NCBI GenBank assembly: GCA_052032035.1
Contig: JBPEXC010000364.1
Span: forward strand, 1 to 39,151
Direction: 5' to 3'
DNA: 39,151 nt
DNA from: Acidimicrobiales bacterium
Lineage (GTDB): Bacteria > Actinomycetota > Acidimicrobiia > Acidimicrobiales > SZUA-35
Positions 16,920 to 25,569 of this stretch are shown in pieces. Position numbers and translations under genes: made by a program. The notes under the pieces are model-generated. The model was not told the origin of the DNA. It made no database searches and saw only the letters and a list, made by a program, of their open reading frames with translations. How positions within the stretch are numbered: the first letter of the stretch is position 1; every line of letters begins with the position of its first letter.

Positions 16920-16933
16920 ATAAGTCAACTTAT
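16920..16933. promoter_or_regulatory. inverted repeat ATAAGT-CA-ACTTAT, candidate TetR-type operator
   Basis: Read directly. It is an AT-rich island 11 nt upstream of the ATG at 16944. Confidence 0.4.
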
Positions 16934-16943
16934 GTTCTCGGGC

Positions 16944-18116
16944 ATGGGGAGCGCAAGCACGTTCGTGACACGTTGTGCGACGGTGGCCGAGGTGCTGGCC
17001 GCCAACGCCGAGATGGCCGAGGGCGACCGGCGGGTGGCGCCGGCGTCGATCGAGGCGTTCGACGCCGCCGATCTGCGCGGGGCGATCGTGCCGGCCTCGC
17101 TCGGCGGGCACGGCCACGGTCTGGCCGACATCTGTGAGGGCACTCGCACCCTCGCCACCGGCTGCCCGGCATCGGCCTGGACGCTCTCGTTCCTGATGCT
17201 CCACTCGTGGATGCTCAGCCGCTTCCGCCCGGAGCTGCGGGCCGAGCTGTTCGGGGCCGACGGGCCGACGCCGACCGCGGCGGCGCCGCTGGCCCCGACC
17301 GGCACGATCGCGCGCACCGGCGACGGCTGGGAGGTGACCGGGCGATGGGAGTGGGCCACCGGGGTGCACCATGCCCCGTGGGTGATGGTCCACGCCATCG
17401 AAGTGGGCCCCGACGCGCCGACCGACACGATCGCCACCCGCTTCGCCCTCGTGCCGACCGATGCGGTCACGATCGACGACGTGTGGCACACCTCGGGGAT
17501 GCGGGCGACCGGTTCGGACACCGTGGCGGTCGAGGGGCTCACGGTGCCCGACCACCACACGATCCCCGGCACCGAGCTGCGGGAGCCCGGCAGCGGCGCG
17601 GCCGACGATCGCCTGTCGCCGCTGCCGATGACGTCGGTGCTGGCCCTCGTCGCGTCGGCGCCGGCGGTCGGGGCGGCCGAGGCCGCCGTCGCCGCCTACC
17701 GAGCCCGTCTCACCGAGCGGGTCCTCGCCTACAGCCTCGGCGACCGGGCCGCCGATCAGCCCCTGGCCCAGGCCCGGCTGGCGTCGGTGATGAGCGACCT
17801 CGCGTCGACCCTCGCCGGCTGGCGGGCTGCGATCGACGAGATCTCGGCGGTCACCCTCGATCGACCCGCCGACGACGAGCTCCGGGTCCGCACCCGCCTC
17901 GCCGCGGCCGCCGCCGTGCGGTCGGCCCGCCGGATCATCGGCGAGGTCGGCGAGGGGACCGGCGCCGCCCCCTACTTCTCCTCCCACCCCCACCAGCGAT
18001 TCCAGCGCGACGTCGAGACCCTCAAGGGCCACGTGGTCTTCGACTGGGACCGCACCACCGAACTGGCCGGCCGGGTCGCCCTCGGCCAGCCGCTGCGACC
18101 GACCGACATGGCGTGA
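16944..18116 (+). CDS. acyl-CoA dehydrogenase-fold protein, probably a flavin-dependent monooxygenase (HsaA/DszC-like) rather than a dehydrogenase
   Basis: ACAD-like three-domain layout (TGTIARTGDGWEVTGRWEWATG; HTSGMRATGSDTV). The C-terminal region FQRDVETLKGHVVF lacks the IYEGT motif of true ACADs. An alternative ATG lies at 16932. Confidence 0.75.
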   Translation: MGSASTFVTRCATVAEVLAANAEMAEGDRRVAPASIEAFDAADLRGAIVPASLGGHGHGLADICEGTRTLATGCPASAWTLSFLMLHSWMLSRFRPELRAELFGADGPTPTAAAPLAPTGTIARTGDGWEVTGRWEWATGVHHAPWVMVHAIEVGPDAPTDTIATRFALVPTDAVTIDDVWHTSGMRATGSDTVAVEGLTVPDHHTIPGTELREPGSGAADDRLSPLPMTSVLALVASAPAVGAAEAAVAAYRARLTERVLAYSLGDRAADQPLAQARLASVMSDLASTLAGWRAAIDEISAVTLDRPADDELRVRTRLAAAAAVRSARRIIGEVGEGTGAAPYFSSHPHQRFQRDVETLKGHVVFDWDRTTELAGRVALGQPLRPTDMA

Positions 18117-18144
18117 GCCACACCCCCGAAGGACCACCACACCG

Positions 18145-19299
18145 ATGACCGACTACCAGCTGATCGCCTACCCGATCGTCTTCACCGAGACGGCCGCGTT
18201 CAAGGACACCTACGGCGGCAACGAGGGCGCCGTCCTGCTCGAGAGCTACCTCTACAAGCCGTCGACGCCGAGCGACACGGTGTTGGTGTTCTCGCATCCG
18301 GTCGGGGGTGGCGCCTACCTGCGGATGGTGCGCAGCCTGGCGCGCGCCGGCCACCACGTGATCTACGCCAACAGCCGCTACAAGGCCGACCAGGCCCTGA
18401 TCATGGAGAAGGTCGTCGTCGACCTGGCCGAGGTGGTGCGCCACGCCAAGGAGCAGCTCGGCTACGCCAAGGTCGTGCTCGGCGGCTGGAGCGGCGGCGG
18501 CTCGCTGTCGTTGCTGTTCCAGGAGCAGGCGCGGACGCCCACCCTCACCGCCACCCCCGCCGGCGACCCACCCGACCTGACCGCCGCCGGGTTGATCCCG
18601 GCCGACGCCCTGGTGCTGCTCGCCGCCCACCCCAGCCGTCACGGCGTGCTCGCCGACTCGATCGACCCGTCGATCCGCGACGAGGACGATCCCGACGACC
18701 GCGATCCCGAGCTCGACCTGTTCGGCGACCAGGTCGGCCCGGCCCCGTACGACCGCGACTGGCTCGCCCGCTACCGCGAGGCCCAGCTGGCGCGGCTGCA
18801 TCGCATCACCGATCGCGTCGAGCAGCAGCTCGCCGACCTGCGGGCCGCGGGCCGAGGCCAGGAGGAGCGCGCCTTCGTCGTGCACGGAACGATGGCCGAC
18901 CCGGCGATGTTCGACGGCACGATCGACCCCAACGACCGCGAGCTCGGCGTCAGCTATCTCGGCGACCCGTGGCTGGTCAACAACGGCCCGGTCGGGCTGG
19001 GTCGGTTCTCCTCGCTGCGGAGCTGGCTGTCGCAGTGGAGCCCACGCCACGCCCAGGCCGACGGCATCCGGTGTGCGACGTCGCTCGACGTCCCCGTGCT
19101 GAGCATCTACAACTCGGCCGACAACATCTGCTACCCATCGATGGCGATGGACGTGCACGCCGCGATCGGCCACGACGACAAGGAACTGCACCGGATCGAG
19201 GGTGCGAACCACTACTACATCGGTCCCGACCAGCGCGGTCCGCTGGCCGAGGCCACGGCCATCGTGACCCGCTGGCTCGCCGAGCACGACCTGTCGTGA
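18145..19299 (+). CDS. alpha/beta fold hydrolase
   Basis: Nucleophile elbow GGWSGGG, acid candidate NSADN and His candidate GANHYY. 384 aa. Confidence 0.85.
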   Translation: MTDYQLIAYPIVFTETAAFKDTYGGNEGAVLLESYLYKPSTPSDTVLVFSHPVGGGAYLRMVRSLARAGHHVIYANSRYKADQALIMEKVVVDLAEVVRHAKEQLGYAKVVLGGWSGGGSLSLLFQEQARTPTLTATPAGDPPDLTAAGLIPADALVLLAAHPSRHGVLADSIDPSIRDEDDPDDRDPELDLFGDQVGPAPYDRDWLARYREAQLARLHRITDRVEQQLADLRAAGRGQEERAFVVHGTMADPAMFDGTIDPNDRELGVSYLGDPWLVNNGPVGLGRFSSLRSWLSQWSPRHAQADGIRCATSLDVPVLSIYNSADNICYPSMAMDVHAAIGHDDKELHRIEGANHYYIGPDQRGPLAEATAIVTRWLAEHDLS

Positions 19300-19823
19300 C
19301 CGCACGGCGGTGGCTGCTCGCCGGGCAGGATCTCCTGCGTGAGGGCGGACTGCCGGCGGTGAAGCAGGCGGAGCTCGTCGCCCGCACGGGGCTGACCACC
19401 GGCAGCTTCTACCACCACTTCGGCTCGATGGCCGCCTACCTCGAGGCCCTCGCCGGCTTCTACGGCGAGGAACGCGCCCACGAACTGCTGGCCGAGATCG
19501 ACGCCGGTGAGCCGGTCGACCGTCTGCGGGCCCTCACCCTCCTGGCCCGCAGCGAGCGGATGCGTCCCCTCGACGCCGCCATGCGAGACTGGGCCGGCAC
19601 CAGTCCGACGGCGGCCGCCGCGGTGGAGGCCTCGGACGGCGTGCTGCTCGACTTCATCACCACCCAACTCGAAGCGATCGGTCTCGGCGGAGACGACGCC
19701 CGAGTGCGCGCCCTGATGCTCCTCGCTCTCGGCGCCACCCGTATCCAACCCCCCTGGCCCCTGCCCGCCGGCACCGGCGATCGGGTGCTCGAACTCCTCA
19801 TCCGTCAGGACCCCACCCCGTGA
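19296..19823 (+). CDS. TetR family transcriptional regulator
   Basis: GTG 19296 overlaps the hydrolase stop as GTGA. HTH is VKQAELVARTGLTTGSFYHHFGSMAAYL. Confidence 0.8.
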   Translation: MTARRWLLAGQDLLREGGLPAVKQAELVARTGLTTGSFYHHFGSMAAYLEALAGFYGEERAHELLAEIDAGEPVDRLRALTLLARSERMRPLDAAMRDWAGTSPTAAAAVEASDGVLLDFITTQLEAIGLGGDDARVRALMLLALGATRIQPPWPLPAGTGDRVLELLIRQDPTP

Positions 19824-20677
19824 CCAGTTTCCGTGACCTCCTCGCCGGCGACGACCTGATCGTCGCTCCCGGCGCCTACGACGCCCTCACCGCACGCCTC
19901 GTCGCCGAGGCCGGCTTCCCGATGGTCTACATGACCGGATTCGGCACCGCCGCCGCCCTCGGCTACCCGGACTACGGGTTGCTGACGATGCAGGAGATGG
20001 TCGACAACGCCGGCCGCATCGCCGATGCGGTCGGGGTCCCGGTGCTGGCGGACGCCGACACCGGGTTCGGCAACGAGCTGAACGTCATCCGCACCGTCGG
20101 CGAGTACGAGCGGCGTGGGGTGGCCGGCATCCATCTCGAGGACCAGGTCATGCCCAAGCGGTGCGGGCACCTCGACGGCAAGCAGGTGGTGGGGCGCGAC
20201 GAGTTCACGTCGCGGATCGCGGCGGCGGTCGGCGCCCGCTCGTCGGACGACTTCGTGATCGTGGCCCGCACCGACGCCGCCGCCGTGCACGGCTTCGACG
20301 ATGCGATCGGCCGAGCCAACGACGCCCTCGCCGCCGGGGCCGACGTCGCCTTCGTCGAGGCCCTCACCACGCCCGAGCAGGTGGCGGCCGTGCCCGAGCT
20401 GGTCGATGGGCCGTGTCTGCTCAACCTGGTGCCGGGCGGCAAGACGCCGCTGCTGTCCACCGACGAGGTGGCCGCGCTCGGCTACCGCATCGCCATCCAC
20501 CCGGTGCTGCTGCTCGGCATCGTCTCGACGGCGGTCGACGCCGCCCTCGGCCAGCTCGCCAGCACCGGCATGCATCCCGATGCCGGGATCTCGTCGGTCC
20601 ACGACCTGGCCGTGCGCTTCGGCGGTGAGACATGGGACACACTCCGACGCGAACTCGACGAGCGTGCACGAGGTTGA
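19820..20677 (+). CDS. isocitrate lyase/PEP mutase superfamily lyase (2-methylisocitrate lyase / PrpB-like)
   Basis: GTGA overlap with the TetR gene. The active-site loop HLEDQVMPKRCGHLDGK carries the KRCGH signature of the lyases, not the EDK...NS signature of PEP mutases. Confidence 0.85.
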   Translation: MTSFRDLLAGDDLIVAPGAYDALTARLVAEAGFPMVYMTGFGTAAALGYPDYGLLTMQEMVDNAGRIADAVGVPVLADADTGFGNELNVIRTVGEYERRGVAGIHLEDQVMPKRCGHLDGKQVVGRDEFTSRIAAAVGARSSDDFVIVARTDAAAVHGFDDAIGRANDALAAGADVAFVEALTTPEQVAAVPELVDGPCLLNLVPGGKTPLLSTDEVAALGYRIAIHPVLLLGIVSTAVDAALGQLASTGMHPDAGISSVHDLAVRFGGETWDTLRRELDERARG

Positions 20678-20729
20678 CCCCGGCCAGGGCCTACCCTCGC
20701 TCCGGCGGCGAACGATCGAGGGAGTCGAC

Positions 20730-21278
20730 ATGCCGAACCGTTCCACCATCCGACCGACGCGCGCGCTCACTGCGCTGGGCGGCGCCTCGCTGCTGCTCGC
20801 CGCCTGCGGCAGCACCGACTTCTCGGGCAGCGCCGCCGACCTGATCGAGGGCGAACTGGCCGACCAGGCCGGGTTCGGCGCCCTGACCGCGGAGTGCGGC
20901 ACCCCCGGCGACGAGCCGGGCGTCGGCGACACCTTCGACTGCACGGGCGCAACCGAGGATGGCCGCACGATCGAGTTCACGGCCACGGTGACCGCCGAGG
21001 ACACCTTCGACATCGTGTCGACCAACGTGATCCTGCCGAGCGACCTCGGCGAGCTCGAGGCGCTGACGGCCCAGTCCATCGGCGAGAGCCTCGGGGTCAC
21101 CCTGCCGGCCGACAGTGTCGACTGCGGCACGGAACCGGTGATCGTCGATGCCGGCGCCACGATGCTGTGTGCTGTCACCGACCCGGACACCGGGGACGTC
21201 TACGACACGACCCTGTCGAACATCGTCCTGGCCCCCGACGACGTCTCGTTCGAGTGGGACCTGGCGCCCCGTTCGTGA
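20730..21278 (+). CDS. DUF4333-like lipoprotein (two repeats)
   Basis: ATG at 20730 follows GAGGGAG. Lipobox LLAAC. Two repeats of a small Cys-containing domain (ECGTPGDEPGVGDTFDC; VDCGTEPVIVDAGATMLC). Confidence 0.75.
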   Translation: MPNRSTIRPTRALTALGGASLLLAACGSTDFSGSAADLIEGELADQAGFGALTAECGTPGDEPGVGDTFDCTGATEDGRTIEFTATVTAEDTFDIVSTNVILPSDLGELEALTAQSIGESLGVTLPADSVDCGTEPVIVDAGATMLCAVTDPDTGDVYDTTLSNIVLAPDDVSFEWDLAPRS

Positions 21279-21288
21279 CGGTCGGCGG

Positions 21289-21942
21289 GTGATCGCCGAG
21301 GTCCACCGCCTGGCGCTGCGGCCGCCCACGGCGGCGGAGTGGGCGCTGCTCGATCCTCTCGAGACCGAGCGGGCCGCCGGCTATCGCTTCGACGACGATC
21401 GGCATCGGTTCGCGCTCGGCGCCGCCCTGGCGCGCCGAGCCGTCGCCGCCCGACTCGGGGTGGAGGCCGCCACGGTGGGTCTCGAGCGGACCTGCGACGA
21501 CTGCGGTCGGCCCCACGGGCGGCCGGTCGTTGTGGCCGACGTCGGCCGCGGCCCGCACGTGTCGATCTCCCATGCCGGCGGCTGGGTGGTGGTCGCCGTC
21601 GCCGACGCCCCCGTCGGCGTCGACGTCGAGGCGACCGACCGGTGGGGCGAGTCGACCGCTCGGCTCGTCGACCAGGTCGCGGCAGCCGGGGAGACGATCC
21701 CGACCGACGACGGCGGGGCGGCGTTCTTCTCGGCGTGGACCCGCAAGGAGGCGGTGCTCAAGGCGACGGGCGACGGTCTGCGGATCCCGATGCGTGAGGT
21801 CCGGATCGGCACGACGACGAGCGAGGTCGGCGGGCGCTCGTTCCCGTGTCGGGTCGAGGCCGTCGAGGTCGGCCCCGGCCACGTCGGCGCGGTCGCCGTG
21901 CTCGTCGACCGACCCCTCGAGGTGCACGTCCACGAGGGGTGA
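21289..21942 (+). CDS. 4'-phosphopantetheinyl transferase (Sfp-type)
   Basis: GTG 21289. Motifs VGVDVE and FSAWTRKEAVLKATG are present. Confidence 0.8.
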   Translation: MIAEVHRLALRPPTAAEWALLDPLETERAAGYRFDDDRHRFALGAALARRAVAARLGVEAATVGLERTCDDCGRPHGRPVVVADVGRGPHVSISHAGGWVVVAVADAPVGVDVEATDRWGESTARLVDQVAAAGETIPTDDGGAAFFSAWTRKEAVLKATGDGLRIPMREVRIGTTTSEVGGRSFPCRVEAVEVGPGHVGAVAVLVDRPLEVHVHEG

Positions 21943-21987
21943 GGTCCGGGCTTGGTGTTCGGTCGCTCCGGCTGCCAGCCTTCGAGC

Positions 21988-22638
21988 ATGGACGTCACCA
22001 CCGCCGTCGACCGTCGCATGTCGGTCCGCGAGTTCCTGCCCACCCCGATCGCCGACGAGACGATCCGCGAGCTGCTCGACAAGGCGTCGCGGGCCCCGTC
22101 GGGCGGCAACGTGCAGCCGTGGCGCATCTACGTCGTCAACGGCGAGTCGATGGACCGCTTCAAGGCGCTGCTGGCCGAGCGGTCGATGGAGCCCGCCAGC
22201 TACGACATCTATCCGTCGGGCCTCAAGGAGCCCTACCGGACCGAGCGCTTCGACCTCGGCATGGCGATGTACGACCTCCTCGGCATCGCCCGCGACGACA
22301 AGGCCGGGCGCGGCGCGCAGATGCTCCGCAACTTCGAGTTCTTCGGCGCCCCGTCGGCCATCTTCTGCTACGTCGACCGCCAGATGGGCCCGCCCCAGTG
22401 GTCCGATCTCGGCATGTTCCTGCAGACCTTCATGCTGCTCGCCACCGAGGCCGGCCTCGACACCTGCCCGCAGGAGGCGTGGGTGAACTGGGAGTCGACG
22501 ATCACCGAGTTCTGCGGCGTGCCCGAGGAGGAACGACTCTTCTGCGGGGTGGCCCTGGGGCACCGCGACCCCGACGCGGTCGTCAACACCCTGCGCAGCC
22601 GACGCCTCGGTGTCGAGGAGTTCGCCCGCTGGGTGTGA
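21988..22638 (+). CDS. nitroreductase family protein
   Basis: The motifs RMSVREFLPTPIADETIRELLDKASRAPSGGNVQPW are typical of the nitroreductase N-terminus. ATG at 21988. Confidence 0.85.
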   Translation: MDVTTAVDRRMSVREFLPTPIADETIRELLDKASRAPSGGNVQPWRIYVVNGESMDRFKALLAERSMEPASYDIYPSGLKEPYRTERFDLGMAMYDLLGIARDDKAGRGAQMLRNFEFFGAPSAIFCYVDRQMGPPQWSDLGMFLQTFMLLATEAGLDTCPQEAWVNWESTITEFCGVPEEERLFCGVALGHRDPDAVVNTLRSRRLGVEEFARWV

Positions 22639-22658
22639 ACCCGAGGGACCGTGCTCCG

Positions 22659-22682
22659 CGTCAGCCCTCGGCGTCAGCCCTC
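22659..22682 (-). repeat. 11-mer CGTCAGCCCTC repeated at 13-bp period, copying the terminal codons plus stop of the PPOX gene
   Basis: Copies at 22659-22669 and 22672-22682. The stop (TCA on the + strand) is at 22674-22676 and its copy at 22661-22663. Confidence 0.8.
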
Positions 22683-23216
22683 TGAGCCTGCGCTCAGGCG
22701 CGCCATCCGTGAACCGTCGGCGTAGAACCGGCCGGCCCAGATGCCGGTGGGGTCCTCGCCGTCGACCGGCATCCTCCACGTGGTGACCGACGCGTCGTCG
22801 AGGTCGACGGCGACGAGGGCGCGCGGCTGGTCGCGGGTGGCTCCCAGGTAGCGGTCGGCGGTCGTCTCGTCGAGGTAGCGACACGCGATCTCGCGATAGC
22901 GGTCGCGCCAGGCGTCGTCGTGGCCGACGTCGAACACGATGCGAGCCCGGCCCTGCACCGACACCTTCCGGTTGGGTTGGGGGTCCTCGTCGATCGACAG
23001 GGCGAGGCGGGGGTCGCGACGCAGGTTGGCGAGGAACACCGACCGCTCCCGCGGGGTGAACCACACCGTGCCGAGCTCGGCCCCCTCGTCGACCGAGTGG
23101 GTGAACCACACGGGCGAGAGCCGCGGCATGCCGTCGTCGTCGACGGTCGCCAGGCGCAACAGGCAGCCCGGCTCGGCGAGGAAGGCGAGGGTCTCGTCGG
23201 TGGTGAGTCGTGGCAC
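22674..23216 (-). CDS. pyridoxamine 5'-phosphate oxidase family protein
   Basis: 180 aa with a PPOX split-barrel pattern (LLRLATVDDDGMPRLSPVWF). Confidence 0.8.
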   Translation of the reverse strand: MPRLTTDETLAFLAEPGCLLRLATVDDDGMPRLSPVWFTHSVDEGAELGTVWFTPRERSVFLANLRRDPRLALSIDEDPQPNRKVSVQGRARIVFDVGHDDAWRDRYREIACRYLDETTADRYLGATRDQPRALVAVDLDDASVTTWRMPVDGEDPTGIWAGRFYADGSRMARLSAGSEG

Positions 23217-23264
23217 GCGCGAAATCTAGCAACCGACTCCTGGCCGAGCGATAGCGTCTGATCG

Positions 23265-23990
23265 GTGGAGGCCACCTTCGAGTCCGACGTCAAGCTCCCG
23301 GCGATCCGCCGCGGCATCCGTACGGCGCTTCCCCTCGCTTTCGCCGCGGTGCCCTTCGGCCTCGTCTACGGCGTGGCCGTGATCGAGTCGGTCGTGCCGT
23401 CGGGCGCCGGGATCGCCGGCTCGTGGTTGGTGTTGGCGGGCGCGGCCCAGCTCAGCATCGTCAGCCTGCTCGACGGCGGGTCGAGTTGGGCGCTCGCCGT
23501 GGGCACCGCCCTGGTGATCAACGCCCGGTTCGTGCTCTACAGCGCTGCCCTCGCCCCCGCCTTCTCCGAGTTCCCGGCCCGCTGGCGCTTCGGCCTGTCC
23601 TACCTGATGACCGACCAGGCGGCGTCGATGGGCATCAACGAGTTCGAGCGCGAGCGCGACCCGACCTGGCGTCGCTGGTTCTTCCTGGGTGCCGGGCTGT
23701 TCTTCTGTGGCGGGTGGTGGCTCGGCACGATCGTGGGGGTGGTGCTCGGCGCCGCCCTGCCGACGTCGCTCGACATCGGCTTCGCCGTGCCGGCCATGTT
23801 CATCGCCCTGCTCGTGCCGGCGCTCGCCGACCGGCCGGCGTTGGCCGCCGCCGCGGCCGGGGGTGCGGCCGCCGTGGCCGCCGCCCCGCTGCCGAGCGGC
23901 CTCAACGTGATCATCGGCGCCGTCGTCGGCATCGCCGTCGGCTCGGTGCTGCGCCGCACCGACCCTAGGGGCCGGGAGACCGCACGATGA
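23265..23990 (+). CDS. azlC: AzlC family branched-chain amino acid exporter subunit
   Basis: 241 aa polytopic protein. The AzlC-like N-terminus is GIRTALPLAFAAVPFGLVYGV. It is followed by an azlD-like gene with an ATGA overlap. Confidence 0.85.
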   Translation: MEATFESDVKLPAIRRGIRTALPLAFAAVPFGLVYGVAVIESVVPSGAGIAGSWLVLAGAAQLSIVSLLDGGSSWALAVGTALVINARFVLYSAALAPAFSEFPARWRFGLSYLMTDQAASMGINEFERERDPTWRRWFFLGAGLFFCGGWWLGTIVGVVLGAALPTSLDIGFAVPAMFIALLVPALADRPALAAAAAGGAAAVAAAPLPSGLNVIIGAVVGIAVGSVLRRTDPRGRETAR

Positions 23991-24298
23991 GTCCGCTCGG
24001 TGTGTTCGCCGTCGCCGGCCTCGGGACCTACCTGATCCGGGTGTCGATCATCGCCCTCGCCGGGCGCCTCCCGGAACCGTCCGACGAGGTCTTGGCCACC
24101 CTGCGGCTGATCGCCCCGGCCGTGCTGGCCGCCATCGTCGCCGACCGGCTCTTCGTCGACGAAGGCGCGGTCGCCCTGCGCCTCGACTGGTTGGTCGCCG
24201 CCGTCGTCGCGGGCCTGGTCGCCCTCCGGTTCCGTTCGGCGGCGATCACGATGGCCGCGGGCATGGGCGTGGTCTGGGCGATCGCTGCGATCACCTAG
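23987..24298 (+). CDS. azlD: AzlD family protein
   Basis: 103 aa with 3-4 TM helices, coupled to the azlC-like gene. Confidence 0.8.
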   Translation: MSPLGVFAVAGLGTYLIRVSIIALAGRLPEPSDEVLATLRLIAPAVLAAIVADRLFVDEGAVALRLDWLVAAVVAGLVALRFRSAAITMAAGMGVVWAIAAIT

Positions 24299-24308
24299 CG
24301 TTGCGCCG

Positions 24309-24614
24309 ATGGAGGTGACCTTCGACTTCGAGGCCGAGCTGTGGGAGTGGGACGCCCGTCCCGACAGCTCGTGGGTCTTCGTCACGCTGCCGATCGAGGT
24401 GGCCGACGAGATCCGCGACCTGGTGCCCACGACCCGCGGGTTCGGGTCGGTGCGTGTCAAGGTGCGCTGTGGTCCCGCCGCGTGGGCCACCTCGGTGTTC
24501 CCGAGCAAGGAGACCGGCTCGTTCGTCCTGCCGGTCAAGAAGGCCGTGCGCACCAGGGCGAAGCTCTCGCCCGGCGACGTCGGCGCCTTCGAGCTCTCGC
24601 CCGTCCTGGACTGA
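24309..24614 (+). CDS. DUF1905 domain protein
   Basis: 101 aa. The pattern WVFVTLPIEVADEIR...GFGSVRVKVRCG...SVFPSKETGSFVLPVKKAVR matches my recollection of DUF1905. Confidence 0.75.
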   Translation: MEVTFDFEAELWEWDARPDSSWVFVTLPIEVADEIRDLVPTTRGFGSVRVKVRCGPAAWATSVFPSKETGSFVLPVKKAVRTRAKLSPGDVGAFELSPVLD

Positions 24615-24651
24615 CGGTTGGCGGCGTGCGCCCAGGGGTAGGGCGGATCGC

Positions 24652-25563
24652 ATGGCTGACCTCCCTGTCGTCCTCGTCGTGCTCCTCGTCGGCGCCTTCG
24701 CCGCCGCACTGCTCGTCCTCACCGCTCGCAGCGGCGCGATGGACCAGCCGATGGACCCGGAGGCCGCCGAGTCGTGGCTGGTCCGTCGGTTCGCCGGCGT
24801 GCCGTGGGTCGGTCGCCTCGTCCACCGGGCCGATCACCGGGTCCTCGGCGGCGCCGGTGTGGCGCTCGCCTTCGTCGTCGTGTTCGTCGCCGCCGGTGTC
24901 GTCGGCTGGATCTTCGACGGGCTCGACGCCGGGGGCGGGTTCGCTCGCTGGGACGACGCCGCTGCGCAGTGGGGGAGCGACAACGCCACCGCCACCTCGA
25001 CCGACGTGCTCGGCGCCGTCACCAGGGCCGGCGACACCGTCTGGCTCCTCGTCCTGATGGCGGCGATCGGCGCGTACGACTACGCCACCCGGCGCAACCT
25101 GCAGGTCTTCGCCTTCCTCGCCGCCACCGGCCTCGGGGTGTCGCTCCTCAACAACGGGCTCAAGTGGATCGTCGGGCGCCAGCGCCCGCAGGTCAACCAG
25201 CTCGTCGACTGGGGCGGCTCGTCGTTCCCGTCGGGCCACTCCGCCGCGGCCGCCGCCTGCTGGGCGGCGATCGCCCTCGTCCTGTTCCGCCACGTCGGCC
25301 CGAAGCTGCGCCCCTTGATCGCCGCCCTCGCCTTCGGCATCGCCTGCGCCGTCGCCGCCAGCCGGGTGCTGCTCGGCGTCCACTGGCTCACCGATGTGAT
25401 CGCCGGCGTCGTCGTCGGCTGGGCCTGGTTCTCGCTCGTCGCCCTCGCCTTCGGCGGCCGCCTGCAGCGCCTCGGCGAGCCGGCCGACCGGGCCGAGCAC
25501 CACCGCGACCTGGCCACCGCCGGCGGCCCCTACCGCAGCCGCACTCCGGTCGCAGCGGAGTAG
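24652..25563 (+). CDS. PAP2 superfamily phosphatase (membrane)
   Basis: The three PAP2 motifs are present: KWIVGRQRP, PSGHS and SRVLLGVHWLTD. Confidence 0.85.
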   Translation: MADLPVVLVVLLVGAFAAALLVLTARSGAMDQPMDPEAAESWLVRRFAGVPWVGRLVHRADHRVLGGAGVALAFVVVFVAAGVVGWIFDGLDAGGGFARWDDAAAQWGSDNATATSTDVLGAVTRAGDTVWLLVLMAAIGAYDYATRRNLQVFAFLAATGLGVSLLNNGLKWIVGRQRPQVNQLVDWGGSSFPSGHSAAAAACWAAIALVLFRHVGPKLRPLIAALAFGIACAVAASRVLLGVHWLTDVIAGVVVGWAWFSLVALAFGGRLQRLGEPADRAEHHRDLATAGGPYRSRTPVAAE

Positions 25564-25569
25564 CGGCCC

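Noticed and set aside
19820-20677. Possible PEP mutase, which would mark a phosphonate biosynthetic cluster.
   Set aside because: The active-site loop is EDQVMPKRCGH (isocitrate/methylisocitrate lyase type), not the EDK...NS loop of PEP mutases. No phosphonopyruvate decarboxylase or other phosphonate genes are nearby.
21289-21942. Sfp-type PPTase as a flag for an NRPS/PKS or other carrier-protein-dependent cluster.
   Set aside because: No carrier protein, synthetase, synthase or adenylation gene is present anywhere in the window. Stand-alone PptT-like PPTases are normal in actinobacteria.
21175-23232. A 685-aa - strand ORF spanning the PPTase, nitroreductase and PPOX loci.
   Set aside because: Only its last 180 codons (22674..23216) encode a credible PPOX protein. 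The remainder is antisense shadow of the + strand genes.
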